From positions 152,458,001 through 152,522,000 of the forward strand of contig OX597817.1 of NCBI GenBank assembly GCA_951406725.2: 64,000 bases of DNA, written 5' to 3'. Both the position numbers and the translations under genes were made by a program. The notes beneath the pieces were generated by a model. The model saw only the letters and a program-made list of their open reading frames with translations. It made no database searches and had not been told where the DNA came from. This DNA is from Octopus vulgaris. Its lineage: Eukaryota. Positions 23,359 through 36,278 of this stretch are shown here, one piece after another (the first letter of the stretch is position 1; each line of letters begins with the position of its first letter).

Positions 23359-25961
23359 CTAGCAGAAATACCCAGCATTACTTGGGATTAAAACAGCATA
23401 GTTTGTATATATATTACAGTTATGTTGAAACAGTGGATACAGGAAAATGCAGCATTGACAACAAAACATTTGTGGAGTAAATAATGGGCTAATTTGACTA
23501 AACGACATATCATGTGTCCGTTTGGAGTATTCCAGGCCTAACCTGTCATGGAAAATTGGAGGTGGGGGGTATGTGATTTTTGAACACACTGCAAAGCTGT
23601 TACTGGATATACTCTCCTTTGTGGTAGTTGGTGCTGTGTCTAACACAACCCATTGTCTGAAGTTTTGATACCTCCTTCGGGTTTCTTGTCCTACATGGCT
23701 CATAAAGTAAATTTCTAGGAATTGTGGTTGTTCATTTTTGGGTAACAGGGAAGCAGTGAGGTAATAGACTTGCCCTTGAACTTTGAACATCAGTGAAAAT
23801 TCATGTTCAGCTATCTCCTTAGATGCACCAAATGATGTCATTTGAAATGCAGAGTTGTATTGTTTGATATTGTTCAGAGAATCTTTTGACTAGATGGAAG
23901 TGCTTCCAGAAGGTCCATAAGCGGTTGAGGAGTAGCTGGTAGCACTGGCAATCTTATCTTACTGCCTGAGCAGCACATGCCATTAATTTCATTTGGAAAT
24001 TTTAAAGCTTTGCAGAAACTTTAATAAGAATGGGATGGATCGTATCTGAAAGCAGTTCCAGGAGTTGTGAAGAACGAATTTGTAGTTAGTCTGTTTCTGA
24101 GAGCTGTTCTATTGGACCTCTGTTTAATAATGAAAACATTGTTTTAATGATTCATCATTAAGTGCTGCAGCATGCCTTTACTGATCTTGGGAAAGTCACA
24201 TCTCCCTTCTCTCTTGAGACTCCATCTGACATACTGCAGCATGCTTTTGCTGATCTTGGGAAAGCCTCATCTCACTTCTGTCTTGAGACTCGATTTGATG
24301 TGCTGCAGCATACATTTGCTGATCTTGGGAAAGTCACATCTCCCTTCTGTCTTGAGACTACATTTGACATGGTGCAGCATGCCTTTGCTGATCTTGGGAA
24401 AGCCTCATCTCACTTCTGTCTTGAGACTCCATTTGATGTGCTGCAGCATACATTTGCTGATCTTGGGAAAGTCTCATCTCCTTTCTCTATTGAGACTCCA
24501 TTTGAGGTGCTGCTGCATGCCTTTGCTGATCTTGAGACAGTCTCATCTCACTTCTGTCTTGAGACTCCATTTGATGTGCTGCAGCATACATTTGCTGATC
24601 TTGGGAAAGTCTCATCTCCTTTCTCTATTGAGACTCCATTTGAGGTGCTGCTGCATGCCTTTGCTGATCTTGAGACAGTCTCATCTCACTTCTGTCTTGA
24701 GACTCCATTTGATGTGCTGCAGCATACATTTGCTGATCTTGGGAAAGTCTCATCTCCTTTCTCTATTGAGACTCCATTTGAGGTGCTGCTGCATGCCTTT
24801 GCTGATCTTGAGACAGTCTCATCTCACTTCTGTCTTGAGACTCCATTTGATGTGCTGCAGCATACATTTGCTGATCTTGGGAAAGTCTCATCTCCTTTCT
24901 CTATTGAGACTCCATTTGAGGTGCTGCTGCATGCCTTTGCTGATCTTGAGACAGTCTTATCTCACTTCTGTCTTGAGATTCCATTTGATGTGTTGCAGCA
25001 TACATTAGCTGATCTTGGGAAAGTCTCATCTCCCTTCTCTCTTGAGACTCCATTTGACATGGTGCAGCATGCCTTTGCTGATCTTGTACATAGTTTGTTT
25101 CTGAGAGCTGTTCTATTGGACCTCTGTCTAACCATGAAAACATTGTTTTAATGATTCAGCATTAAGTGCTGCAGCATGCGTTTGCTGATTTTGGGAAAGT
25201 CTCATCTCCCTTCTCTCTTGAGACGTGCTGCAGCATGCATTTGCTGATCTTGGGAAAGTCTCATTTCTCTTCTCTATTGAGACTCCATTTGACGTGCTGC
25301 AGCATGCATTTGCTGACCTTGGGAAGTCTCATCTCCTTTCTCTATTGAGGCTCCATTTGAGGTGCTGCAGCATACATCAGCTGATCTTGGGAAGTCTCAT
25401 CTCCCTTCTCTCTTGAAACTCCATTTGATGTGCAGCAGCATGCATTTGCTGATCTTAGGAAAGTCCCATCTCTCTTCTCTCATGAGACTCTCGCCTTTGG
25501 TTTTCTACAATCCTCCTTGCTTTATACTTGTTTCTGGAGAGAGTATGACTTTTCTTCGGTGGCATACACTGACACACCATTCCTCTGTCATGGCCTTAAA
25601 GTCGGAAAGTTGCTGATAGGTGGTAGACTTAATCCCTTGATCTGATCTTTGGGTGCTTTTACTGAATGCATGCAACCCCGTTGCATGCGACTCCTTTGCG
25701 TGCATTCAAGCTAGGTCACTGATTAGAGGATACTTTTCTCCCTTCCTTTTATCAATCTTGAAGGCCCTGAAAAGGGTTATGAGCACTGCTTCCTTTCCTG
25801 ACTAAGCAAAGAAAGAAAAACAGTGTCTGCTGGATGTGAAAGTTACATCCAGCCTCTTTCAATCTCATGCTAGTAATACTTAACAGAGACCTGACTCTCA
25901 ATGGAAATTAGTGCACAGTTAAATTGGTAGCATTTGTAGTGGATTACAGAATATATATAGA
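23359..25961 (-). mobile_element. Helitron derivative (RepHel N-terminal region, 22-aa repeats, 3' hairpin plus CTAG)
   Basis: Minus strand: CKALKFPNEINGMCCSG, YNSAFQMTSFGA and FKVQGQVY...PQFLEIYF (Helitron Rep N-terminus). 3' end CCCAAGTAATGCTGGG-N-CTAG|T at 23359. Putative 5' TCTATATATA at 25961 is less certain. Confidence 0.88.
24162..25490. repeat. 66-bp tandem repeat (132-bp dimer) derived from Helitron coding repeats
   Basis: Unit GTGCTGCAGCATGCCTTTGCTGATCTTGGGAAAGTCTCATCTCCCTTCTCTCTTGAGACTCCATTTGA(T); the minus strand reads QMESQERREMRLSQDQQRHAAA. Confidence 0.95.
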
Positions 25962-26352
25962 CATCCCATTATGTTCTGATTTCAAATCTAGCTGTGGTCA
26001 ATCTTGTCATTCTACTGGGACTGATAAAATAAATGCCTGTCAAGTATTAGGATTGATATAATCAATTATGTCCTTCCCCAAATTCGTGGCCCTGTGCCTA
26101 TGTTAGAAACCATTATTATTACCATTTTTATTGGCTATCCATATTGCCTAACCTGTACTGAATATAACCCAGTTTTATTATCATCATTATTGGGTTTACA
26201 GACAGTATCATCACCAGTAGTAGCAGCAGTCGTCGTCATCATCATAATCATCATCATCATCATTTGGTATATGTTCATATTGACTAAATATATTGTTTGA
26301 CATTTCTCATGTCTCAGTTTATTTATGAATCTAACATTTTCTTCTCTCTAAG

Positions 26353-26513
26353 ATTTCTGATGCTGTGCATTTTGTGCGTAATGCTTTGAAACAGTGCAGC
26401 GATCATATTCATTCTCTACATCTGCTTGTGCTGCTGCTATCTGCCCAGAAGCATTATGAAGAAGCTGTGCAGTTTCTTGAGACAGCTCTACAAGAATATC
26501 CTGAAAACATAAG
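26353..26513 (+). CDS. TTC7B: TTC7B-like, internal exon d
   Basis: ctctaag|ATT...AG|gtaaca; 161 nt, phase 0/2. ISDAVHFVRNALKQCSDHIHSLHLLVLLLSAQKHYEEAVQFLETALQEYPENI (TTC7B: SLHLLALLLSAQKHY...EYPEN). Confidence 0.96.
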
Positions 26514-26618
26514 GTAACAGTTACTATTTTTCATTCTTGTTTTCCTTGCCTTCTACACTTTTTCTAATGCATAAACTGTGCTGAAACACACACACACACA
26601 CACATATATGTATGTATA

Positions 26619-26663
<45 letters not shown>

Positions 26664-26688
26664 GTGTATGTATGTATGTATATATATG

Positions 26689-27060
26689 TGGAGGCACAAT
26701 GGCTCAGTGGTTTGGGCAGTAGACTTGCAGTTGTAGGATTGTGGTTTCGATTCCCAGACCGGGCGTTGAGAGTGTTTATTGAGTGAAAACACCTAAAGCT
26801 CCATGAGGCTCTGGCAGTGGGTGGTGGTGAACCCTGCTGTACTCTTTCACCACAACTTCCTCTCACTCTTTCTTCTTGTTTCTGTTGTATCTGTATTTCA
26901 AAGGGCCACACTCTGTGTCACACTGAATCTCCCTGAGAAGTATGTTAAGGTTACACGTATCTGTGGAGTGCTCAGCCACTTGCATGTTAATTTCATGAGC
27001 AGGCTGTGCCACTGATTGGATCAACTGGAACCATCGTTGTCGTAACCGACAGAGTGCCAT
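26689..27060 (+). mobile_element. tRNA-derived SINE inserted in (TA)n
   Basis: A box TGGCTCAGTGG, B box GGTTTCGATTCC; flanked by TA-rich microsatellites. Confidence 0.85.
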
Positions 27061-27061
27061 A

Positions 27062-27119
<58 letters not shown>

Positions 27120-27184
27120 ACACACACACAAAAGTTGTTGGAGCAGATAATTTATGTTTGGATTCATCCCTTAATATATTAATT

Positions 27185-27420
27185 GTTGTTCAGACCCAAG
27201 TCAACCCTGATCATTGTTATTGTTGTTGTATAATCCCAAGCCAACGCTGGTCTGTCTGAGCTACTGTGAAAAGTGCTTCATTCATGTCCATACTGTTTTT
27301 TCCTCAGGTATAATGGCTCTAGGACTGCATAATCCTAATTGTCCTTTTTTAAAGATGGTTGGGTGTGATTTGAGAGAGATTTGGCTGCTTTTACTAGTAG
27401 GTTGAGCAGCCACACACCAG
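27185..27420 (+). repeat. Unclassified interspersed repeat (copies near 6700, 6900, 47420, 48820, 59170 minus, 61170)
   Basis: Recurrent motif AAGATGGT.GGGTGTGATTTGAGAGAGATTTGGCTGCT..TTCTAGCAGGTTGAG. Confidence 0.7.
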
Positions 27421-27704
27421 ACCCTTGTCCCAGTTACTTAACTGATAAATACTAGAGGTATATTCAGTTTAGATTCATGGGTAAAAACAATGTCTATATT
27501 TCTCCTTATTTCTTTTATAAAGAATGGCTCTACTCCAAATATTACAAACTTATTCTATTTTGAAAAGTTTACTGACTTGATTTTTGCCCCCACAGACCAT
27601 GACTAAATGTTCTGAAGTTGATCATAGCAAGATTTGAAATTACAACATTTAGAATAATGTGTCTTGGCTGGAAGTGCCATAAGATGCTTAGGTGTAACTT
27701 ATAA

Positions 27705-28100
27705 GCACAAGTGTGGCTGTGTGTTTATGAAGCTTTCTTCCCAACCAGTGGTCTTGGGTTCAGTCTCACTATGTGGCACCTTTTAGTGACTTCTTTTATA
27801 GTTCTGGGATGACTAAAGAGCCTTGTAAGTGGATTTAGTAGACAGAGACTGAAGGAAGCTTGTTATATATGTTTGTGTGTGTATGTGTGTTTGTGTGTGT
27901 GTGTGTGTGTGTTCACATTATGTGATGAGCATCACTGTCATACATGTGATGTTGTTTGTTTCCAGTCTTCTGTGAAAAACATCTGACTATGAGGAAAGTT
28001 GGTGACAAGAAGGGCAACTGGTCATAGAATATCAGCTTCAATAAATTCCATCTGACTCATGCAAGCATGAAAAAATGGTTGTTAAACAACAATGATGAAG
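27705..28100 (+). mobile_element. tRNA-derived SINE
   Basis: Same family as 5742-6175. Confidence 0.75.
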
Positions 28101-29158
28101 ATGTATAAGCCCATTCGATAATTTGATTCTCTGCTTTGTTAGTTACCAAATGCCTTTCTTTGGTTGTCTGAAGTTTATGTTAAAACTGTGAGATGTAGGA
28201 TAATAATTTAGTTGATAGGGAATCCTTTACAAAGATACATTCTTGTACACCTCAACTTGTTAACAAGGCTCTTCAAAGGCCTTGTTATTCTCTGGTTGAT
28301 TAATATCTGTTTTCTATACAGCTGGTTGACAATCAAGTTGTGTTTCTTCATATATCAACAGATGGGTAGGAAGCAAACCTGGCATTGGTAGGGCCCTGAT
28401 CAATTTGTATTGGTTGAAAGCTCTCAGTGGAGTTGATCATCAGAACTTGGCAGCAGTCCTAAAAACAGATGGTTTTTGAATCATTTCGGATTCAAGCAGT
28501 GCACAGTAACTCATGCTTGGTGCTTGGAGTAACAGCCACCTCTTAGAACTGTTTCATATCGTGCTTAGTTCGTCTCTTCTATGTGTTCTGGTTCTTGAGT
28601 CATTGCTGTTGATGACTTCGCTGTAATAGTGTAAAATAAAAAATAAAATTCTCAAAAAAGCCATTAAAAAGTATAAGGAAGGAGGGATATAAACCTTCTG
28701 CAAAGGGAAGATGCTCTCTGGTGAAGAGTCATTTTCTGTGAAAGTGATCCTATCTTTTGGGAATAGGAGCACCTTTCTGGTGAAGAGGAGTTTCTCTCTT
28801 ATGAAAGAGCTACTCATCTTCTTTCTTCACAGTCATTCAAAAGGTCAACAACGGTGCAATAGAAGACTCCAATAAAATGCATGAAGACAATCCAGATGGA
28901 GTGCTGACTGGTTAGGAGATGGTACTTAACTCCAAAGAACTGTGGATAATCGCATATTAGCAAAAATTACTTGGAATATGTATCCCATTTTACATATAAA
29001 CTATCCAAAGGGAGGACATCGGCTATTACTCGACTGCTCTAATCAAGGAGTTTCTCACAGAGAATTCTGGAATCAAATAATTAGAAGTATCCCAAAGAGT
29101 GAAATATAATCAGAGCAATGGGGGTGCCCTGATAATGCAAATGAACTGTTCCCTCTCT

Positions 29159-29204
<46 letters not shown>

Positions 29205-29462
29205 CTTTCTCTCTCTCTCTCTCTCTCAATTAGTAGATGAAAAGTTTTTAAATGTAATGATGTAAATATTCTGTTTTATTTTTGTTTTATTTCAATTCAT
29301 TTCCTTATACAATTTGAAGACCTTCTGTCACTGTATATAAATAAACTAAGGAACAATTCCTTCATTTCTTCTTACTAACCTGATTGTTTTTACCAAAATA
29401 TTATTCTGTACACTACCTAAAATGTTTTATACATATATATATATTTATAAATTTTGATTTAA

Positions 29463-29642
29463 CCCTTTTGATACCAATCTGCCTGAAATCACCTTTGGTC
29501 CCTGTTTTAAAGTGATCTAAATTAAAACCTCCCATCAATATTTCACATTAATTTGTGACTGAGTTATTTTATTAGAGTCTTCATTATTTTTAAAATTGAT
29601 TAAAAGGCAGGGTACGTCAACAAAAATATGGTAACATAAAGA
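29463..29642. mobile_element. TTAA-flanked MITE, second family
   Basis: TTAA|CCCTTTTGATACCA ... TGGTAACATAAAGA|TTAA imperfect TIRs. Confidence 0.55.
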
Positions 29643-29861
29643 TTAATTATTGTCTGTTTTTTTTTATACTTTATTTATTCCATGCAATTATTTTTTTAAT
29701 AAATTTTTAACTTGGTTCATCATATATTACATGTCTTTCACTCTTCCTCTCAAATTTGTAAAATTGCATATCCCACCCAACACACCTCTGTAAGCTCTGG
29801 ACTTAATGCTCTTTGCATTTTTATTGTATTTCTTCAAGCCCTTGTGGTTAAGAAAGAATAG

Positions 29862-29978
<117 letters not shown>

Positions 29979-29982
29979 ATTA

Positions 29983-30200
29983 AGGTGGTGAGCTCTCAGA
30001 ATTGTTAGCATGCTGGGTGAAATGCCTTGCGGTATTTTGTCTGCCACTATGTTCTGAGTTCAAATTCTGTTAAGGTCGACTTTGCCTTTCATCCTTTTGG
30101 GGCCAATAAAATAAGTACCAGTTACACACTGGAGTTAATGTAATCAACTAATCCCCTCCCTGCAAAATTCCAGGCCTTGTGCCTATAGTAGAAAGGATTA
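29983..30200 (+). mobile_element. ATT-tailed SINE
   Basis: GGTGGTGAGCT...TTCTGAGTTCAAATTC...AAGTACCAGTT...AGTAGAAAGG(ATT)n. Confidence 0.85.
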
Positions 30201-30209
30201 TTATTATTT

Positions 30210-30574
30210 ACTTCTCAGAGCTCTCAATCTTACTTGCTCTGTTAAATTTTTGTGAGTGGACTGCAACCTGTTGCCAAAGGCCTCACAAAGTCTCTCAGGG
30301 TATCTTGCTATGAATTATAAAACTTAGGACCTAAATGTTAAGTATCATGGAAGATGCTTAATACCCAAATACCAATCTCAAAATAACTCACTGTCCCCCA
30401 TAGAGCAGTTTTTTAGCACGCTCTACCCTCATGTCAATTCCAATTTCTCTGACATGTTTCTTGAACTTGGTTGTTAGTTCTCCAAGTGCCTTACAACTAC
30501 TGGGATGGTAGTTACTCTTTTCACTGCCCACATTTTTGCAATTTCATCTTTTAGTATTTAGTAACTTGTACTTC

Positions 30575-30609
<35 letters not shown>

Positions 30610-30700
30610 CCTTGTGTAACTTCAACTGTAGCACCATCAATAGGCAATAGTCCTTGCGACTTCTGAATCTCTATGCTTACTTAAAATCAGCTGGCCTTGG
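30210..30700 (-). mobile_element. R4/Dong-type non-LTR element 3' fragment (RLE endonuclease C-terminus)
   Basis: Minus strand IAKMWAVKRVTTIPVVV..LGELTTKFKKHVREIGIDM, similar to the 41579-41800 peptide; flanked by (TAA)n. Confidence 0.7.
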
Positions 30701-30710
30701 ATGTTAATAG

Positions 30711-30763
<53 letters not shown>

Positions 30764-30764
<1 letters not shown>

Positions 30765-31195
30765 GGCGGCAACCTGGCAGAGTCGTTAGCACACCAGACA
30801 AAATGCTTAGCAGTATTTCGTCTGTCTTTATGTTCTGAATTCAAATGCTGTTGGGCTCAACTTTTGCCTTTCATCCGTTCAGGGTTGATAAATTAAGTAC
30901 CAGTTATGCACTGGGATCAATGTAAACGACTAGTCCCCTTCCCCCAAATTTCGGGCCTTGTGCCTATAGTAGAAAGGATTATTATTATTATTATTAAGGT
31001 GGCAAGCTGGCAGAATCATCAGTGCACTAGATGAAATGCTTAGTGGTATTTCGCCTGTTGCTACATTCTGAATTCAAATTCCACAAAGGTTTCATCCTTT
31101 TGGGGGTCAGTGAAATAAGTACCAGTTGAACACTGGGGTCGATGTAATTGACTCATCTTCTCCAAAATTGCTACCCTTGTGGTAAAATTTGAAAC

Positions 31196-31198
<3 letters not shown>
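30764..31198 (+). mobile_element. Two tandem ATT-tailed SINEs (30764-30980, 30998-31198)
   Basis: Both start GGCGGC/GGTGGC AA(C/G)CTGGCAGA after (TTA)n and end in (ATT)n. Confidence 0.85.
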
Positions 31199-31232
<34 letters not shown>

Positions 31233-31255
31233 AATATTATCTAAACATTTTACAG

Positions 31256-31372
31256 TTTGTTGCTAACTAAAGCTAGACTTGAAGAAGTATGTCTTGGACC
31301 AGAAGAAGCTTTGGTTACGTGCAAACATATGTTGAAACTATGGAAAGATTTACATGAAATTCATCAAGAAGA
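31256..31372 (+). CDS. TTC7B: TTC7B-like, internal exon e
   Basis: ttacag|T TTG...GA|gtaagt; 117 nt, phase 2/2. LLLTKARLEEVCLGPEEALVTCKHMLKLWKDLHEIHQE (TTC7B: GPDEALLTCKHMLQIWK). Confidence 0.96.
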
Positions 31373-31866
31373 GTAAGTATATTTGTATTTTCGCAAATTT
31401 TTTTTCTTTGTCTGTTTTCTCATTTGATGTTGTTACGTGGTCATCCATATGAAAGTAAAGATCCATGGCATTTTGTTGCTAAATCATCACATGGAAAGAG
31501 ACCATAAAAAATGAAATATCTGAATGGAAGATATATTGTAATATGTGTTTCATTATGGGTTCCTGATTTGGAATTCACTACAGATATTATGTTGGGTCCC
31601 TGTGGGAAAAATTCTAGATCTCTTACTTCATGTAGAGAATAAAAATAGGTTTCTAGAACTGCTGGAGAAAAAAAAAAATCATTTGTGATAAACTGTTGCT
31701 ATATTGCAGAGTTTGTTTCTCATCTATTTAATATTTATATAGCTCCTTCTCTTATACTTTTGCCACCCTACCTCCCAGGGCTGATAATCTTGTAAACTGC
31801 ATGCTAGCGGCATAAAAAAAAGTACCTAGTACATGCTGCAAGGTTGTTGGTTTTAGGAAGGGCATC

Positions 31867-32142
31867 AACCAGGAGAATTCATCTACGAAGCAATTGCCCC
31901 AGCTCCCCTTCAGGGTTGGCAAAAGCGATGTGGTGGACAACGAAAAACCTGGCTGATGACAGTCAAGGCTGATCTGGAACCTAACCTAGGCCCCCATATC
32001 TACGGCATTCGGTTGGAGATCACGTGGTTGTTAGCCTCAAATTGCCAGGTTTGGTCGGTGTTTGAGAGAGATGCAGCATTGAGGATGAATGAAGCCAGCT
32101 CAACACACCCCGGGTGAATGCTGTCTCAAGACAAGAAGACAA
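31867..32142 (+). mobile_element. Short RTE LINE 3' end with 10-bp TSD, inside a SINE
   Basis: GGQRKTWLMTVKADLEP peptide, GACAAG tail, TSD GAAGGGCATC at 31857-31866 and 32143-32152. Confidence 0.8.
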
Positions 32143-32699
32143 GAAGGGCATCTAGCCAGAAAAACCATGCCAAAGCAGACACTTGGGCCCATTGTATCCT
32201 ATCAAACCATCCAATTCATGCCAGCATTTTTGTGTATCTGATAGATTGACATTTTATTTTTATTGTAAACTGCTTGATGAGAAAGAAGATGCCTATTGTA
32301 TTTTGTTCTTCAAGTCTCTTCTAAACTTTAAGGAAATAGGGATTACTAGTTGTAGTTAGTAATGTTCACTGTGAACTGCTTCAAGTTAACCCTTAACATA
32401 ATAGACTTGCTGATTTTAATCTGCTATTATAGTTGAGAGGCATTCTCAGAATTTCATCTACCTTTACATTTATTTGCATGGTTTTCCTGCAGAATGTTGA
32501 AAAAAATCAATAAAATTGACCCAGTGTAGTATCAGTACCTACTTTATTCATCATTGACTCTTATACATTACTCGTATCTATTCAATACTATTGATGTGAC
32601 TATCTTAGTCATTAATCATTTCTGAGCACCATGTTATTAAACCTTATTACAACAACAACAGCAAAATTTTTTTTTTACTACTATTCATTTATTTTGTAG

Positions 32700-32800
32700 T
32701 GGTTTTGAATCACAGTCAAGAGGACATATCGATCGAACAGCATTTGACAAAAGGAGTTTAGCTCAAATGCAACTGAATGAAGTCAGTGATCGAGATTCTG
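32700..32800 (+). CDS. TTC7B: TTC7B-like, internal exon f
   Basis: ttgtag|T GGT...TCT G|gtaaat; 101 nt, phase 2/1. GFESQSRGHIDRTAFDKRSLAQMQLNEVSDRDS (TTC7B: LDRTIADRRQL...FSDPETG). Confidence 0.9.
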
Positions 32801-32861
32801 GTAAATGCATTATTATTATCATCATTATTGTCATCATTATCATTATTATTATTATTATTAA

Positions 32862-32907
<46 letters not shown>

Positions 32908-34149
32908 GTTATTATTATAGATGTTATTGTGTGATTCCACTGTACATGTACCTGTGTGTAACTCTGTGTAGCTTGGGTACACAGCATGTTTTGTCTTCTT
33001 CCATTTGTGGGCTTTTCAATTATATTGAAAGTATTTTACGTAATATATGTTCAGTGCCTAATAGTATTATTTTCTGTATTATGATGTAAGTCTTAGTATT
33101 TTGGTTATGTATCTGACTGTTGTTTATTTTTTTATTATTATTCTCAAAGCAACTTTTATTGTGGGAGATTGTTTCTGTTTTTATATCATTATTATTGTTA
33201 TTTTTGTTTTTGTTTTGTGTATGTATGCGTATTTTCTTTTACTGTTGTGGTGAATCCATATAGCACCAATACCTAATTCTGACTACTTCACCTGCATTGC
33301 TAATGCTCCTGGGGGAAGCATGAATGTCGTAAATCCAAAACCTGTGTGAAAAATTGAGTTCTATATAAAAAGCCATTAATATCATCATCATCATGCTCAC
33401 CATCATCATAACAACCATCTTACATTTTTCACTCTGGAGGTTTCTAACCTGTACTGATATTTTTAGTTGGTATCTCTGAGTTTTCGGTTGTCACTCAGAA
33501 AATAGATTTAAAATGTGTGTGTATATATAAATATATATATAGTTTCCTTTGACACAGATAATGTCACCTGCAAAAACTAAGAGTACTGCTATAGATACCA
33601 CACACACACACACAGAAAGTTTAGCTGTTCTGCCTTGAGTCTGTATAAATAATGAAATTTTACCCTGGAGGGCTCACTAAATCAGGAGACACATAGCAAA
33701 AGCAGTTTTAACAGCAATAACAACAGCAGCAGTAACAGCAGCAGCAGCAGTTATTAAGTGTAGTGGTTGGTAGTATTAGCTTCGCTGACTATTTTATGGA
33801 AGGTCATAAGTAGGTTTATCAGTTTCTGTATTTCTTTGCAAATTCTATTTACTGAATGTTTAAAAAAAAAAAATTAAGTTTGGTAATTTATTACTACTAT
33901 CTTGTCTATTATTATTGAACTAAAATCTAAATAATTCATGTGTGTTTGTGGGGGGGGGGGGTGTAGGTGAGCAAATGAAAGAAAGTAGCATGTTTAGTTG
34001 GGGTTGTAAGTATTTAATAACAGACTGACTCAGCTCCACATTACTTAAAGTTTTGTGAGTGCAGAACTGTCTAAATCTTCAAGTGTATGGAGTCAGAGTG
34101 AAGATAAATTAAAGTTAATTCTAAAAGTGGCTGCTATATAGACTTCTAT

Positions 34150-35790
34150 TGGTCTATAGCTTAAGTCATATGTTTAGTTTGGCCAAGAAACAGCTGACTT
34201 TGATCCAAAGGGGTGCTGATACCAAGTGACTGAGGGCATCAAGATAATGTGTTACACAAATGCTGGGGATCTGTTGGTCAGCCATAGAATGTATGATTCT
34301 GTCCTCTAGATGTGAATGAAATAAAAGTTGGTGACAATTGTTAGAGAAAACTAATATTTTGGCCAGGTTATCAGGGCTGAGAACCTCTATACTCACGTCT
34401 TTGGGCTGTGTGAACAGAAACGAACATCGTAAGTACAAAGATGAGCAATGCCCTCAAGGACCGGAGGGAAAGAAACTTGGGTGGAATGTACAGCTGCAGC
34501 AGATTACTGTGGTGAGGAGTGGTGATTGTGCCTGACACCTCCTGACCCACTGCCATGAAAATGGACATACTCGTGTTATAAATAATTGCTTCTATCATTA
34601 ATCATTCATTTTTGTGGGGCAGTTTATAGAGTATCAATAAACTAGAGTATTTCCTTGTTTAGGTTTATTTTATGTTCTGTGGTGCAGGCGTTACATTTGT
34701 GAAGTGGCAGGAAAATGTCACATTTGTATGCCTAATGTAACAGTTGGAGTCATGTATTTTGCAACTTCTATGTTGGTCATCAAATTTATAAATCATATTA
34801 GTTATTGTAGCTTATTTGTGGGTTTGCATGCTTGTGGCTTGTTATTGATAAGTAAGTTTTAAATTTTAATATTTCATCTGTTATTAGTGTTAGCTTATGA
34901 TTTGAAGAATTGCATTTTGCATTCTAAGATTTTTGGTAATGCGTTCATCCATTCTCTAGTTAGTATGCATTTGTTTCATACAGTGCACTTTATGCGTGGT
35001 TTGTGTATATTTGATAGATGTCATATCTGATTATTTGCCATGTTATATTTGTCCCAGGATTGTTTTGCGGTTTGGTATTGATAGCTTCTGTATTCTAGTG
35101 TTTCATTAGTGAAAGAGAATGTAAATGCTTTTCTAAGTAGAGATTTTACTATTGACATTTAGTATATGTGTGGGCATTTGCTGTCTCCATGTAAGTGTAT
35201 GCATTTATTTGTATCTTTGGTGTAAATGGATATACTGTATTTGTTATTTTCTATCTGAATGTTTATGTCTAGAAATGAAGTCATTATGTTGCTGGGGTTT
35301 TACTTGCACTGTTCTGGATGTTGAATTTTAGTACAAGCTGGTTTTCTAGGTCTTCCTTTAATTACTCAACATCCTCTGGTGTTTCCATTACCATGAATGT
35401 ATCATCCACATAACTAGTGTATATCATATGTTTATATCTTGCAACTGCTATTTTCTATCGTATCTATATAGAAAGCCACAAATATGGGCCGGGAGGGAGA
35501 ACCTGTAGTTACTCCATTTTTTAGGCTTATATAGTTTGCCTTGGGGACAACAAAGGAATATTTCTGTTGTACATCACTACTAAATTTTTTCAGTATGTTA
35601 GCTGGTATCATGGATGATTTTATTGTTACCTGTTTGTGTACAGTATCTAATATGGTTTCTATTGTTTCTGCCAGTGGAATGTTGGTAAACAAACTTTCTG
35701 TACCTAAGGTAGAGCTGTTGCTTACTTAGGTAGTTTCTTCTAAAATCTCTAGGAATTTTTCAGGTGATCATATACTTTATCTCTTTGGGG
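34150..35790 (-). mobile_element. Degenerate Penelope-like retroelement (RT)
   Basis: FTNIPLAETIETIL, GVTTGSPSRPIF and YVDDTF motifs typical of Penelope RT; many stops. Confidence 0.8.
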
Positions 35791-36214
35791 TGTATTGCTA
35801 GATAACATTATCACACAATACACAATGGAGAGAGAGATACAGTATACTGTTTCTGATTAGAGAGAAGAAATGTTTTGCAACACTGGTTTTTACACAATAT
35901 AGAATTTCTTTTCCTAGTGTTTTTTGTGGGGTTATTAGTTGGTGTTGGTGAATATGTTATTCTTTCTCTTAATGATTCAAGATTACTTTTGTTGTTGCAT
36001 TTGACCTTTTTGTAAAAGATTCCATTAGGGAAAAGAGAGATTTCTCATCTACAGGAAAAACATACATTCAAATTCATGTTGGCAATTTGTTTACATTGAA
36101 TTTAGGCTCATCTCTTCTTATACACAGGAGGTGAAATAAATCACTGTCATTTTGAATTGTGTATGTGTGTGCATGCACTCACACATACATGTGCACGCAC
36201 TCACACATACATGT

Positions 36215-36278
<64 letters not shown>

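Noticed and set aside
24162-25151. 329-aa plus-strand ORF as a real gene
   Set aside because: It is the antisense frame of Helitron 22-aa coding repeats, with a GTG start and no splice or promoter support.
26689-26765. tRNA genes (also at 759 and 62470)
   Set aside because: These are A/B-box heads of SINEs continuing into SINE bodies, with no intact cloverleaf.
33264-33350. Open frame after TAG acceptor (APIPNSDYFTC...) as a cassette exon
   Set aside because: No phase-1 GT donor before the stop, and the acceptor context is weak.
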